A stretch of 64,000 nucleotides of DNA, from assembly GCF_004010195.1 (NCBI RefSeq), contig NC_057718.1:46603823-46667822 (forward strand), written 5' to 3'. The stretch is from Chiloscyllium plagiosum. Its lineage: Eukaryota. Within the stretch, counting starts at the first letter, position 1. Each line of letters starts with the position of its first letter. Under the pieces are notes generated by a model. It made no database searches. It was not told where the DNA came from and saw only the letters and a list, made by a program, of their open reading frames with translations. Below are positions 48,481-62,330 of the stretch, in pieces. The position numbers and the translations under genes were made by a program.

Positions 48481-51392
48481 TCCAGCAACTTCTGAGGGGG
48501 CTTGGCCTGGCTTTCCATGGCAGGCCATTGCAAGATTTGCTGCATCAATGCAGCCTCTGGTCAATGAAGGGCGATTGCATCTCATGTGTCCACCTGCCTC
48601 TGATGCTCAGCCCTGTGCATTTGGATGCGGTCTCTAAACGCCGACTCAACAGAGTCCTCTCCTGCTTTTGTTTGAGCAGGTGGCTCATCTCTTCCAGTCC
48701 AAGTGCCAGCAGCCTAGGCCATGTCTTCCTCAACCAGCTGCTGAGCCGTCACTGTGAGGTGCTCCCCACATTGTGTACCCACACTCTACGTCTACAGTTG
48801 TCACCAAGGTATCTGTATCTGGGCTGGTAGAGATTGCAGAAAGCAGCTTTGTTGGTGCTTCCCCTGAGGCCTGTGTACTCTTGTCTTGCGAGATTGAAGA
48901 TGGTGCTTTTGCTGGAGCTGGTGTTTCCTTGTGGAGGTCCAGGGCAGGCTGGCAGAAACCGCAAGATGAATTGAGAAAAGGCATTGCTGCCAGTGCTTAG
49001 AAGTGATGTGCAATGATTAAATCGACAGTGGGGTTAATATTGAAAGTAGCAGTGGAATGTAGAGTGTAACACACTCATTTGGTAGAATATGAACGTTTCT
49101 GCATCCCCACAGAGCAGTCCCAATCTCCTTGAGGAAGAGCCAGGGTTCACCCCTTGTAGGTGGTCAATCACTCCTCCACCTGTCCAGCGGCTTTCTGCCC
49201 TGTTGTAGACTGTCCTCTCCTGTGATGAGAAAAAAGGGACCAATGAGTGAGATTACATTGGGTGCCATATCTATTAATGTTAGGCGTGGGTGAAAGCCTG
49301 AGGACGCAGCACCGTGGGAATGCAGGGATAATGTAGGAGGGTGGAGGAGGCAAACAAAAGCAAGTGAGGGAATGCTGCGTTCAATAGTGAGAGTGGCAGA
49401 GCTTGATAGACACCATAGCAGTGATAGTGTGTGTGAGATGTAGCAGAGAGAAGAGTCTGGGAGTCATCCTGATGGAAAAGAGAAAGCAGAAGAGACAAGA
49501 CTTTCTTTCTACATTGCTAACCATTCCTCTCCACTTGGAATTAGCACTGACCCAAGTAGCAAACTCTGACCAGGTTGGCAGGGCCTGGCGACACAGCCTT
49601 TTCTGCTGGCCAGAGCCACACTGTCCACCATGACCTCTTGGTCCCTGTTAACCAAGTGCCACCTTTCCCTCCTCCATCATGTTCTGACTCTATCAGTCAA
49701 CAAGCAGGGTGGCTTCAGAATGCCAATGCTTACCTGGGTGCCCAGTGGCCTTTTAAAAATGGCATAGATGCAAAGGTTGCCAGTCTTGGGGAAGACATCT
49801 GCTGAGAGGTGAATTGTTGAGGAATCGGCACATGGTAAGACTAGGATGAAACTAGACATGAGAAACTCTATAGGGACGGGGTAGAGAATTAATGCACAAG
49901 CTTGATAATATATTATGAGAAAACTTGCTAGGCCTTGCTGTGAGAAACCTTCCACTACTGCCGCAATTCTGATTTTGCCAGAAAAGTGTAAGATTTGGCC
50001 TCAAGAGTGTCTCCTGTATCTTGTCTCAGGCTCAATGGTGAGCTGCCTGTAGAAATTCATGGCCACATGGAAAAGTACCACAATGCTTATCTGAGAGGTC
50101 TGTTCCATATTGCCATATGGGAATGCTTCCTGGTTTCAGTTTCAAGGGAAAACTTATTAAAAGGTATTCTTAACATGCCATGGACAATTTCAAAACATTT
50201 AAAATTTGAAGAAATACCTGGTCTGGACAGTCACCTATTTTTATATAAAGTACTTGGAAATTGTGCACTTGTTGTAGACTTTAAAACTAAGAGTTTGTAC
50301 TTACTGTTCAAAACAACTTGTTCGGTGTCAGTTTAAATGGATACACTTGTTCATATTAGCTTTAGCTTGCATAGTTTGTGAACTGTAAGCCATTTTTGCA
50401 GATCAGTTTCCATTGGAGTAGGAATTCTAAAAGGTGGTACATGAAGTTATTCAGAAAGTTTACAGAAATCTTGCCCCTGTGGATTGATTTTACATGGATC
50501 AGTAGATTCTTGTCAACTACAAAGTGTCCATCTGTGATTTGTTGTCAAAACTAAAATGGTTCTAAAACTGAGATGTGAGAGAGACAGTTTTGAGAATCGA
50601 AAACCTGGACGAAGAAATTTAAAGGTAGGATTTGGTTACCATTTTGTAAAGTATCTCCCAGCCACAAACAGTCTGAATGAAAGACTGTAGCAGCCAACCA
50701 CAATCAAGGACACTTAAAGAGGAAAAGAAAGATTAAATGTCAGGGGTGACACAGAGATTTTGAATGGAAAATGAGGCATTGATGCTACATTTTTGAGGAG
50801 ATGCATAAGTTGCAGTGGTTGGGGAGTAGTGACGAAAGCTAGGAGAGTAAGGGGTCAGGAGTGACATCAGTGGATTGGGGCAGGAGGACGGATACGTATT
50901 GTAGTTGTATGAAGGTGGGGAAGGACACGTGCAGGGTTGGTGACAGGAGTAATGCATTAAAAAAAACTCAAGTGATCAGGTGGTCCAATTGTTATGGGGA
51001 GCAGTTTTGATTGCCCAAGGACATCTGACTAGCCACTGTTTGCTGGAACAGAGGATAAATGCAGCTTGAATTAAAATATAAAATGCGAAGGAGCTGCCTC
51101 CTAGGAGCATGTTGCTAACACACACTGCCATTAAAACTGAAAGTGAATTAGGTCAAAGAGGGTTGCTATGGATTTGAAATCTTTTGCATTTTACTTCCTA
51201 CTTGATTCAAACCTATTTGTTTTTCGAGATTAAAATGCCTCCCATTCTTTTTACTGAATGCTTATTGAATCCTTTCCTTTGTGCCTCATGGAGGAATACT
51301 TGTTTTCTATGGTCACAGATGTGAATTTAGATGGCAAGCTACTGTTAGGTAACTGTGCAAAATGCTTCCAAATAAACCTGTTGGACTATAAC

Positions 51393-51620
51393 GTGGAGTT
51401 TGCACGTTCTCCCCGTGTCTGCGTGGGTTTCCTCCGGGTGCTCCGGTTTCCTCCCACAGTCCAAAGATGTGCAGGTCAGATGAATTGGCCATGCTAAATT
51501 GCCCGTAGTGTTAGGTAAGGGGTAAATGTAGGGGTATGGGTGGGTTACGCTTCGGCGGGTCGGTGTGGACTTGTTGGGCCGAAGGGCCTGTTTCCACACT
51601 GTAAAGTAATCTAAATCTAA
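51393..51620 (+). mobile_element. HE1-like V-SINE, 5'-truncated
   Basis: Near-identical to the reverse complement of 14275-14470. Confidence 0.88.
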
Positions 51621-53149
51621 ACTTTCAATAGCAGTCTGGTTAAAGGCTGTTCATTCATTGCCTCCTAGCATCTTTTAATCAGATTTCAATTTCTAACTTC
51701 ATATCGATAGCTTCATATACTTAAATATTTAGTAAGTAATGTTGTATAGACTTCATTTCAGCACATGATCAGCACCTCGAACTGTACAGCATTGTCCCTC
51801 CTCTTGTGTATAGAAAATACTTATTGAGCAAGAAAGCTTGATTACTCGCATTGTTAATTCATAAGTCTTCGCATATACTCCCTGTGTTTCCCCCCCCTAC
51901 TCAGCACACACATTGTGAAATAAACAATGGGAATCTTCTGGTTTGTGAGTTATTAATTGGTGCATTTTCTTTGTGTTTGAAATTAATAATTTTCATTATA
52001 ATTCTAAATTAATATTTATGTAGCCATGGTGATATATTTTAAAACAGTTTTGAGGCCTCGGCTTAGAGTGAATAGATTTTGTGTACCACAAATGGACTTC
52101 TGTTTGTTTTGCGATCCAGGATGATAAATAATGGTACCTCAGGGTTTGTTAGAGACTTTGAGAACCTGTTATTTTTAAACACACATAGCTTAGAGAGGGA
52201 GTGTTTTGGCTGACAGTTTTTACTTTGAGAGGAACAGTGCCATGCGTCCTTGGGATAGATGGCTGTATAGACTGCTACCTCAGAGTAAAAAGTTAGTTTT
52301 TGTTAGTCTGGAAAGTGTTAAGACTAAAGCTCTGAAGAGGTTACTTCAAGCTGTGTATATTTAAGCTAGTGTAAGGTAGCTTCTTCCTGGCCCTGTGATT
52401 CTAGTCTAAAACCTGAAGTCACAAGTGACTTACACCTACCAAGGTGCTAGATGCAGGAATAGTGGTTTGAGTATGGTATGAGTAGTGTTTTGGGTACTAT
52501 ACAAAAGCTTTTTTGTTTATTTCAGTGTATAATCGATTGTTTTGGTATTAATGGGATTATATTATACTCTATCATTTTTCTTTTGTTAATAAACTTCTGT
52601 TTCATTGTTAAAATAAAATCTACAGCTGTGTGCCTGTGTTTCTGCAAGAGACCACTTTGTTAAAGCCAAAACAAATCAATATAAGAGTTTGATATCATAT
52701 GAAATTATGTGATCCTGGGCTTTATACACCATTCAAATGGGGAATTATATATGACACTACTCATCAACAGCACATGATATCCATATTCTGTGTGAGCTTA
52801 ACAGTTGGCTAAACTAGGCTTCCTAAACATATTTAAAGAATCCAAATCATTTAAAGATTAAAATTTCTGAAGAGAATCTAATTTTATTGACGGGTATTGC
52901 AAATTAAAATTGCATAGTGCAAATGCTAACCAATTATTTCTACTGGTGTGACAAGAAGTCAGTAAAGTTTTTGAGCAACAGCCTCTGAATCAGTTGTGCT
53001 GAAGCTTTGAAAAGTAACTGGTAATGTTCCTTTCTTTTAAAAAGTCAGTTGCTGTGTGCATCAATGTTAACTGCCTTTGGCTATCTCGTTATGATAAACA
53101 AACTTCTTACGGGATGTCACTCTTTCTTGCATTGACTGATCCCTTCTAG

Positions 53150-53219
53150 ATCTTATGTTTACAAGAAGTTCAGAACAACCACTACAGGCAACAGTTGAAA
53201 CCAATACTGGAATCACTGG
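53150..53219 (+). CDS. ANGEL2: ANGEL2 coding exon 4 (ILCLQEVQNNHYRQQLKPILESLG)
   Basis: Acceptor CCCTTCTAG; metal-binding LQEV motif; donor G|GTAAGA; 70 nt, phase 0 to 1; too short for the ORF track. Confidence 0.96.
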
Positions 53220-53420
53220 GTAAGATTGGTTGATTGTTTCACAGAAATCTTCAAGATAAACACTTTGATGTTCTGCTTAATAGCCTTCAATTTATCTAGT
53301 TACATAATTCTAAGCCTAATACAAATGAGTCTATATGGATAAACTTTAAAAAAAACTTGGTATGATTAAAGAACGTTGAAAAAATATTCTGTGATTCTTT
53401 TGCTTTTAGAAATTCAATAT

Positions 53421-54107
53421 TGTTATGATCCCTGTAAGGACTGATAACTTTAGAAAGTTATTTGAATTTCCAGTGGCTGACTGAAAAGATTACACAAGAT
53501 TTCAAGTGTTAAGACTTTTGCTGTAATAAATAATCCAAAAGCAACATTGTCTAAACGTCATTAAGCAGGGACCTTATACTCTAAACTATAGAAAATAATT
53601 CTCCTTTTATCTTTTAAACTGAAAGAAAATCCCACTTCACATTTGTATTTTACTCTATTCCTCGAGTGGACACTTCACTGTCCAGGAACCAGCTCCTGAA
53701 ATTTTACTTCCTTTTCCTTTTCCAAATTGATAATTCCTCATACCCAAACTGACTTCCACAGTGAGAAGCAAATTGAAGTTTATTCTCTCTAGACAAGCTA
53801 CACACGTTTCAGTCTTAGTTAGATCCTCACACAATGTCTCCTCAATCCAAGTGCAAACTCCTGTGCACATTTTGCACAGTTACCTAATAGGCCAGCATTT
53901 GTTCTGCTTCAGGTGCAGGACTAATTGCACTCTTTCTTTTCTCTCCCTCTCCCCCAGGATTTTGCAGAATGCCCTGCCTGTGAGGGTAAGGGAGATTTTT
54001 CTTTTAAAACTGTTGTTATCTCTGGCTTGTTTCCCTATCAAAGTCCATCACCGTGGCAGTGTGAATCAGATAGGCCTTGTATCCAACTAGAAATGCTGAT
54101 GTAACTA
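53421..54107. mobile_element. Possible Gypsy-type solo LTR
   Basis: Begins TGTTATGA and ends near GTAAC; weak support only. Confidence 0.3.
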
Positions 54108-54272
54108 CTTTCTAAACTCCCAACTCCATTTTATTTTCTTCATAAAAGGGTGGTATATCTTAAAGCAATCAGCTATATATACTTAGTATTCTGAAATGAA
54201 TCCAGCAGGTGCTAGTAGACAGTTGTCAGTTTTGATCATGAAAATGCTTTTTGTCTTGTATTTGTTCTACAG

Positions 54273-54691
54273 GTTATCATTGTGAATACAAAATGCGAAC
54301 AGGAAACAAGAGGGACGGCTGCGCTATTTGCTTTAAAAGATCAAAGTTTTTGCTCGTCTCGGCTAGTCCAGTAGAATTCTATCGCCCTAAGATTCAAGTA
54401 CTAGACAGAGACAATGTAGGACTGGTACTACTGCTGCAACCAGTTCTTCCACAATCTGCTGCCTTTCTGTGTGTGGCAAACACTCATCTCTTGTATAACC
54501 CACGACGGGGAGATGTCAAGCTGGCGCAGCTTGCAGTACTCTTAGCTGAAATTAACAAATTGGCAGCTGATGGGAAAGGTGGATATTGGCCGATAATCCT
54601 GTGTGGAGACTTTAACGCCGTGCCTGATTCTCCATTATACAACTTCATTAGGAATGGGAAGCTGGTTTATGATGGACTTCCAATTGGAAAG
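54273..54691 (+). CDS. ANGEL2: ANGEL2 coding exon 5
   Basis: YHCEYKMRTG..DGCAICFK..DRDNVGLVLLLQP..CVANTHLLYNPRRGDVKLAQL..CGDFNAVP..GLPIGK; acceptor TTCTACAG, donor AAG|GTACTG, phase 0. Confidence 0.97.
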
Positions 54692-57600
54692 GTACTGCCA
54701 ATAATTTCAAAACATTAACATGGGAAGATGCTTAGTCCTTGGTTGATACTATTTTTAATTAAGAAAAATAGCCAATCTTTTTATTTAATGAAATTTAAGA
54801 TTCTAAAGTTCTCTTGTGTTTAACCATCACACTACAATGGAAATATAAGATTTTATTGAAGAAAAACTTTGCAATCACTGACGATGTTCTTACTTTATAG
54901 GATCCAAGTAGGTTAATTTGATATCTAATAGAAAGTGTTGCTCTAGAAAACGTAATGGATAATTTCTGATAAGATGCTCAGAGATGAAGATTTTGTGGTT
55001 TGTGGTCTTGAACACTAGATAGTTCCTGAAAGCCTTCATCCTGTTGGACAGATCCGTTACATTTATGTGAAAAATCAGGGCCATATAAAAACACACCCAA
55101 AATATTAACTTCTCTGCACCAATTTTATTTGGAAGTATTGAGAAAATAACTTTTTAAAAAGCCAAGTGCAAAGTTCCAATAAAATGAACCTGTCTCTCTC
55201 ACTTTGGTTGAGAGATAGTTTTTACCTCCTTTAAATTCAAAGGACACAGAGTTGGAAGGATATTGTGGACAACTTTCTCAGCAATCTGTTGCTACCAAAT
55301 TGGGTCACTTAAAATACTGTTGTATGCATTTGCTAAAACTGTGCACTTTTCCAGGATGTCCTGGAGTGAAAAGTTAACTCCAAACTTGTTTTCTGTTCTG
55401 CAAACTACCTTAAACCTCTTTCCCCTGTTCTATCCACTCTCACCTCCAACAAGTGCAAAGAGTTCAGGGATGTTTTTGTCACTAAGATCAAGACCATTCG
55501 ATCACCTGCCTGTGCTATTTCTCTCCATCCTATTAACCCTCAGGGCCAAACTTCCTCAATGCATTCCCCTGCCCTCGATCTGAACATTTTGTATAATTTT
55601 TCTTCTGTCTCCCAACATTCCCATTCAAAGTTAACCTTGTCTGTGAGACCCATCATCTCTTCCTTCAAGCCTATATGTATTGTTGATCATGCATCATCTC
55701 CTCCTGACTTCTGTGTTCCCCAATATTATGAATGGTTCTACCTTTTAACCCTTGGTGTTACAGTGATCCTGAGTTAAGCTTCCAGCCTCCTATTCATACC
55801 ATCAGACAGATGACTTATTTCCTCCTCCATAACTGTCCACTTGTAACTGTCTCAGCTCATTTGCTGTGGAAACCCTCATTTGTGCCTCAAGTTCCTTCAA
55901 GACTCAGCTGTTATAATGCATGCTTGGTTGGTCTCCCACATTCTACCTCAATTAACATTATCATATACAACCCTATTGCCTGTGAATTAATTCACAGAAA
56001 ATCCTGTTCCCTGATCCCTCCTACGCTAAACTCCAGTCAACATCTGATTTTAGATTTGCCATACTTGGTTTCAAATCTTTTCTTGAACTTACCTCTCCCA
56101 ATATCTGTAATCTCCTTGATCCTTGCAACTCTCAATGATATCTGATCTCATTTATTGTGCTTCCCTAGTTTAATTGCTTCACCATTGGTGGTCATGCTTA
56201 TATTTGTCCAGGCCTCTAGCTTTGTAATACCCTCTTTATACCTTTTCTTCTACCACATTTCTTCCTTTTAGATACTCATTGAAACCAAGCTTGTTTCAGC
56301 TTTTGATCACCTGACCGAATATCTCCAAATGTGGCTCAATGTTTTGGTGTCACTCTTTGGCTTTGTTTGATGATACGCCTACAAAGTGCCTTGGGATGCT
56401 TCATTACATTAAAGCCACTATATTCTTTTAAATTGTTGCTGTTGTAAGTTCAAATAAAAACACAGGCTGTATTTTCTAATATTATTGCTGTTTGCATGGA
56501 TTTGCCCTTGTGACAACTAATGGGCATTTTATTTTATTCCAGTAAATTTCAGAAAAAGTGTCACGTTTTTAACCACTGGTCAGTTGGATTTTTCGCAAGT
56601 AATTTAAACTATGTTTTGTCATTCCTTTAGACAACTAAAACACGGTCTCAGAATAATGGGTAGGCCACTTAAGACTGAGATGAGGCAGTTTTTTTTAACT
56701 CATTTTTGGAATTCAATGCCCCAGAGAGCTGTAGAAACTTAATCATTGAATACATTCAAGACAGAAATTGATTTCTACGTATGAATGACTTTGAGAGTTT
56801 CATTTAATTGTTCAATATAATTGACAATAGTAGAGGTTTATTGTAATAACAATATATAGAATTTGTATTTGTTCACTCAAATTTTACAGCTGAATTTTAT
56901 TGGCATTATTGCAACTTTGGTTATCATTGTCATTTGTCACCTGATGGTTGAATTTTCATGAGAACAATGATTGTTGCTTATTGTGTTTCAACAACATTCT
57001 GCCTATACTGTTATGTAACAAAACCAACAAGACTTCAAATCGGTCAATTTGCTAGTTAAAATTTTCTTCTGATTTTACTCCCAGGTATAGATTAGAACAT
57101 TTACCATATATCATCCTGGCTGTCTTCAATTCACCAGTTCAGGGAAACAAAATGAGATTAGGTATCAGTATTTAGTCTGACCCCCGAATAGCAAATATTA
57201 TTCATGTAGTCTTACCGAGAAAACAAAGACATTTTGTCAAAGTTTTTGCCTTGTTCTCATCAGGACATTTGCAAGAATATCAGTGTAAAGGCAACTGCAC
57301 TTTATACTATGAGAGCAAAGTGTGCTGATTGGCTGGCAAGTGAATTCTGGTCAGTAGAGGGTCCAGGTGCGCATTTTTTTTGTGAGAGCATTATTTTAGT
57401 TTATTATTGTCTATAAAACTCTTACACCATTAGCTCCCCATATTCATGAAATCAAAACTAACCTTCTTTATCCTTAATTAATATATCCATCACTTATTCC
57501 CATGTTCCATTAGGTCTCAACCATCCTTTCAAACCTTATTAGATAACAATACTGATCAAGTTTCATTTCTTTTCGTGGAATGAACTAAGGAATAATTGTC

Positions 57601-58866
57601 GCCCTTTTTTAAAATTAGAACAGGTGTAATGTGCGTACATGTTTTTGTTTGCAAATAATAGGATCATATGTATTAATGTTGGTGGCTTAAATGACGTACA
57701 AATGTGTCACACTGCATGCCGAATTGGTGATTTTAAATTGGATGTAAATGTAATTCTTAGCATGTTCAGGATTATTTAGCAGTGGTCATACAATTGTGGA
57801 ATTATCTTTAAAGTGAGTTGTTGTGCTTTGAGTTTGGCAGGAACAGGCAGGCTGCATACATTCAGTATGAAAAAGATGAATGAACATGTTGTTTGATATG
57901 ATATGATCTGCCAGTCATTGAGGTGTATGGCTTATGTAACTAGCATCACGCCGGCACTGGAATACAGAAATCCTATCACTCATCTACAAGATGGCAACAT
58001 CCTAGCAAACACCTCTCGTATTGCTATTGCATTGTAGCAGCATGAAACAACTAGCTTCACCTATTACTATTTATTGCGCAAACTCAGAATCACCATAAGA
58101 TTGCCAATTTCTGTCCTGTAGAGTGCCCAGTGTACCGCAGATTATGCTGGAAAGGTAAAGTATCTGAAAAATATGCGCAACAGATTAAGTCAGCTGTTTC
58201 ATGCTGCAGCTATACATACAATATAAGATGTTGTTCCTCTTTACAGTAGTTTCTTGCGAATGTCCTGACGAATACAAAACAAAGGCTTTGTCAAAATGTG
58301 GCATTTTTTTCAGCAATACTCAAGTTCTGTGCTATCAAACAAATAGTTATATTCTTTCAATGCATACTCACTATCGGCCTGAACTTCCACATATAAGTGA
58401 ATGGAAATATAGCCTTTTATACTAAGGTGCACTTCATTTGAACTCAGCTAATTCATATAATTTTTACAGATTTAGATGAGAGGAAGCTATATATCACATG
58501 TCCTTTATGTGATATGACCAACCTGACACCTGTATTGAAAGTGCCACTTGATATTCCAAAAAATGATCAAAAGCACCATGTTGAAATACTAGCCTTTGTA
58601 TCAACTAGCATTTAAAAATCCATTCGCAGTTGCCTGGCTTATTTCAGTCAGAATAATCCATTTACCTGATTGTAAAGCGTTGGGACTATTTAATTGCAAG
58701 TCCTGCACCTTGTTCTTGTTGCAGATTTTATACATCCTCTCTCTCTTGTATTCTTCAATTGTAAATCAATGACAGAACTTTCCAGTGAAATCAGAATTGG
58801 GAGGGAAAGTAGTCAACAATGTGAGAACCTTTTTTGGTACACTGTATAACTTGCAATATTTTATAG

Positions 58867-58996
58867 GTATCAGGTCAGGAGCAAAGTCACAGGGGCCAGA
58901 GAGCTTTGCCAAAGCCACTTTGGCCTCCAAGTCTTGGAATTTCGCCAGCCTGTCAATATGAAACATTGAAATGTCAACAAATGCTAAAAGACACAG
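58867..58996 (+). CDS. ANGEL2: ANGEL2 coding exon 6 (VSGQEQSHRGQRALPKPLWPPSLGISPACQYE...)
   Basis: Acceptor TTTTATAG; matches human VSGQEQSSRGQRILSIPIWPPNLGISQNCVYE; donor CAG|GTATGA, phase 1. Confidence 0.95.
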
Positions 58997-59247
58997 GTAT
59001 GATTTCTGATTTTTTTTGTAAATGTTAAATTGCCATTGAGAGATATGATAATAAGCCCATCAGTATTTTTGATATTTTGTGCGATGAGATGCCTCTTTTA
59101 AATGGTTTTCATAGGAATTTTGGTTTTATCATTGACTTTACAGTAGTTTAAGAAATTTGCTGCCACATTTGGCAAATTTGTTATGCATTAGCATGGTTCT
59201 TGACTCCAATAACATTTCCTATGTAATTTAAATGCTGTGTAATTTAG

Positions 59248-59314
59248 ATGCTGTGGACAATTCAGAAGAATTAAAGGATGCCACAAGTCGGAAGAATTTT
59301 CATTTGGATGAAAA
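59248..59314 (+). CDS. ANGEL2: ANGEL2 coding exon 7 (DAVDNSEELKDATSRKNFHLDEK), poorly conserved linker
   Basis: AATTTAG acceptor and GTAAGT donor; 67 nt, converting phase 1 to phase 2 exactly as needed to join exons 6 and 8. Confidence 0.88.
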
Positions 59315-60037
59315 GTAAGTTAATTCAAGAAATTAGAATTAATCAGTGTTGAATATTTTCACATGAAACCCATTATTCAACATTTTATTAACATTCAGTC
59401 TACTTAATGTAATACCAGCAAAGAAAACTTACTCTGTATTTCAGAATTTTTTTTAACTGTGTCCACGCTGATTTTAAAATCCGATTTGAAAATAAATTGT
59501 TTTTGATGCTGATTTTAAAGGAGGGTCAGGCGCAGTGCAAATGAGTTCTGAAACAGGCTGCACTCTTAGCCTGAGAATGTGAGGCTATGGTGTTTCTAAA
59601 GATCCAGGCATCATTGGCATTACCTGAGCAGAGGTACCTATTCACAGTGTCAAATAACATGGAAATAAGGACAGGAAGTTTTAGTTTCATGTAAGTAGAG
59701 TCAAGGGGCAAGAGTTCTAGTTTCTTGTACAAGCTGGGTTTGGGAGGATGTGAGGGAGTTAGGAAAGCAACTGGAAAAGGAAAGGGATCAAAAATAGGAA
59801 AGTGGGGATCTTTGAGGGAGATTTCTCTTGGTTGACAAGGCTGAAGTGATTGATTGTCTCATTGATCTCTTCAGACTTTCCTAGAGGTGAATATTAAGTA
59901 GACAATGTTTAATGCTACAGTTATCAATGGGGAAACAAGAGCTGGGTTATTTTTGTCTGGGCTGTTTACGATTAATGTACTGCCCTTTAAGAAATCAGAC
60001 AATTTAAACCAACAGTGCGTTCTATTGATTTTCGCAG

Positions 60038-60201
60038 GATTCCCTCTGCCATCCAACACAACTTCCGGCTAATGTCTGTGTACTCCCATTATGTAACAGA
60101 CAGTGGTAAAGCTGAAGTCACCACCTGTCATTCCAGATCTGCTGTCACTGTGGATTATATTTTTTATTCAGCAACAAAACACAATGCCTCTGCAAACTCA
60201 G
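60038..60201 (+). CDS. ANGEL2: ANGEL2 coding exon 8 (IPSAIQHNFRLMSVYSHY...EVTTCHSRSAVTVDYIFYSA...)
   Basis: Acceptor TTTTCGCAG, conserved TVDYIFY motif, donor CAG|GTAACT; the final SDH-containing exon is not in the window. Confidence 0.96.
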
Positions 60202-60833
60202 GTAACTGAAACCAGCAACTAAAGTTAATATTTTCCAAAATGTGTTACAAAGCTACATGAAAAAGAAGCCAACCAATACCTGTGTTAACTTAAGTTGGTA
60301 ATAGAGCTGAGATCTCTTAAATTGAATTGGTTTAATTTGTTTGTTGCAAATGTCTTCCCAAAGGAAAGGAGCAGAGAATCAGCTAATTCTGCTTAAAGAA
60401 ACATTGTGCACAAGAAGTTTTTTTTTCATAGCCCTTTCTTTTAATAACTATCATATTACCACAAATTAAACAGTAACATCAAGCATTGACCTGAGGACAC
60501 TAATGGTGTAATGATACTGTCCCTACCTCTGAACCAAGAAGTCAAGGTTCGAGTCCTACCTCCTTTAAAATTGTGTAAGAACATCTCTGAGCAGATTGAT
60601 TAGAAAATATTTAAATCCTTATTAGCCAAGAACATATACTTGAAAGACTGCAAGATCAATGGGAACATTTATATGCAAAAGTATTGTCCATATTTCCCTT
60701 TAAGTGATTAGCTTAAATATATTTATGATAAAAGAATATTGTATTAATGTCACTTGCAGAACCTTATTTTCAGTTGTTAGGTTTATGATTATAACTCATG
60801 TTTCCACTTTCACAATGGAAACTGCCTATGATT

Positions 60834-60962
60834 TCAGGTGAAAATGGGTACTGCAGATGCTGGAGATTAGATCAAGATTAGAATGATGCTGGAAACATTG
60901 ATTTTCCTGCTCCTCGGATGCTGCCTGACCTGCTTTGCTTTTCCAGCACCACACTAAGCTTG
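60834..60962. mobile_element. Penelope-terminus mini-insertion with a 13-bp TSD
   Basis: ACTGCCTATGATT at 60821-60833 and 60963-60975; interior consists of two opposed terminal fragments. Confidence 0.8.
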
Positions 60963-62134
60963 ACTGCCTATGATTCAGTCTAGGTACCTTTGTTAACAAT
61001 TTGGAGGAGTAGTATGGTATTTAATAGAAAACTAGTACAGAGTAATGTGAATCTACATAGCACTTTTTGATTTGAAAATATCACAAAACAGATTAATTTA
61101 ACAAAAATGAGCACTAACCATAGTTATGAGAAGATCCTAGTTAAACAGTTAGAATTCATTTTGAAGAGCAGAAGGATTTGAGGAAAACTCAGCAGAAGGT
61201 AGACCCTAAGCAACTAAAGACATGATTGCCAAGAAGTGGAACAAGGGGAAGGGGGGATGGACATCAGGTCAGGGTCAGTGTAGCAGAATGTTTGGGGTGG
61301 GGGCATTGTAGGCAGAGATAGGATGGAGCAGGCCATGAGATGATTTAAGTATGATAATTTCAAATTTCATATGATAGGCCAGAAATCAGTGTAAATCAGC
61401 AAATATGTGGATGATAATTGAACAAGAAAATGTGAGAGAGCGTATAGACACCAGAGTTTTAAATTATATTTACGATTCATGGAGGATTGTGGCAGGAGAA
61501 CCAGGAGAGCAGTTGTGCCTGGAGGTGACAAAAGTAAAGATGGGATTTTCTATAGCAGGTAGGCTGAGATGAAGCTGAAGAAAAGCAGTGTTTCAGAGGT
61601 GATGGTGGGGTGAGCGATATGAGAGTGGAGGTGAGAATACATTACAAAACATAATAGTTTGATTTTTCTTTCATGGTTTATGAACTTTACTGGCTAGGTT
61701 ATCACCTACTGCCCATAAACCGCTGCAGTTCATTTGCTTTGCAGCGTTGCCCTTTTTGCTGGGGAGGAAGTGGAATTGGTGACAAAGATAGGAGTTTATG
61801 CGAGCGGCTGTGACAACAACTTTGGTGGTTCCATTCCTTAACTAGGGCTTGATATCAGACAAACAGTTTGTGCACAAGTAGTCTTCAGAACCAGGAGAAA
61901 AGTAGGGAAATGGACCTGACTGTCATCAGTGTTGAAATGGAAGTTAGCCCCATGCCAATGAATGGTGTTGGTAAGAGCAACATGTAGGTGAAGAAGTGGG
62001 AAGTAGCCATGGTTGAATCCTTGGAGGACTCCAGGCATAACAGGGCTAAGGATGGGGGAATATCTTGCTGGTGATGCCTTGACTGTGATCAGATTTAAGA
62101 AGAATGGAGCCGAATAAAAACAATATCATTAACC

Positions 62135-62330
62135 GTGGTATTGGAAAAGCACAGCCTTCCGGCAGCATCCGAGGAGGAGAGTCCACGTTTCAAGCATAAG
62201 CTCATTCCTGATGAAGAGCTTATGCTCAAAACGTCAAGTCTCCTGCTCCCTGGATGCTGCCTGACTGCTGTGCTTTTCCAGCACCACACCTTTTGACTCT
62301 GATCTCTAGCATCTGCAGTCCTCACTTTCT
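62135..62330. mobile_element. Palindromic Penelope-terminus mini-element
   Basis: Same architecture as 2846-3008; CTGATGA at 62208-62214 followed by the GAGC-TTAT-GCTC hairpin. Confidence 0.75.

Noticed and set aside
48480..49960. Cluster of overlapping ORFs, possibly a PIF/Harbinger-related remnant or a gene
   Set aside because: GC-richer, repeat-like sequence with no recognisable domain or splice structure; I cannot support a family call
19602..60201. ANGEL1 rather than ANGEL2
   Set aside because: The exon peptides (DLLEDNSHLY, YHCEYKMRTG, VSGQEQ..RGQR, EVTTCHSRSA) and the N-terminal MxxHH..S.GR motif match ANGEL2 as I recall it
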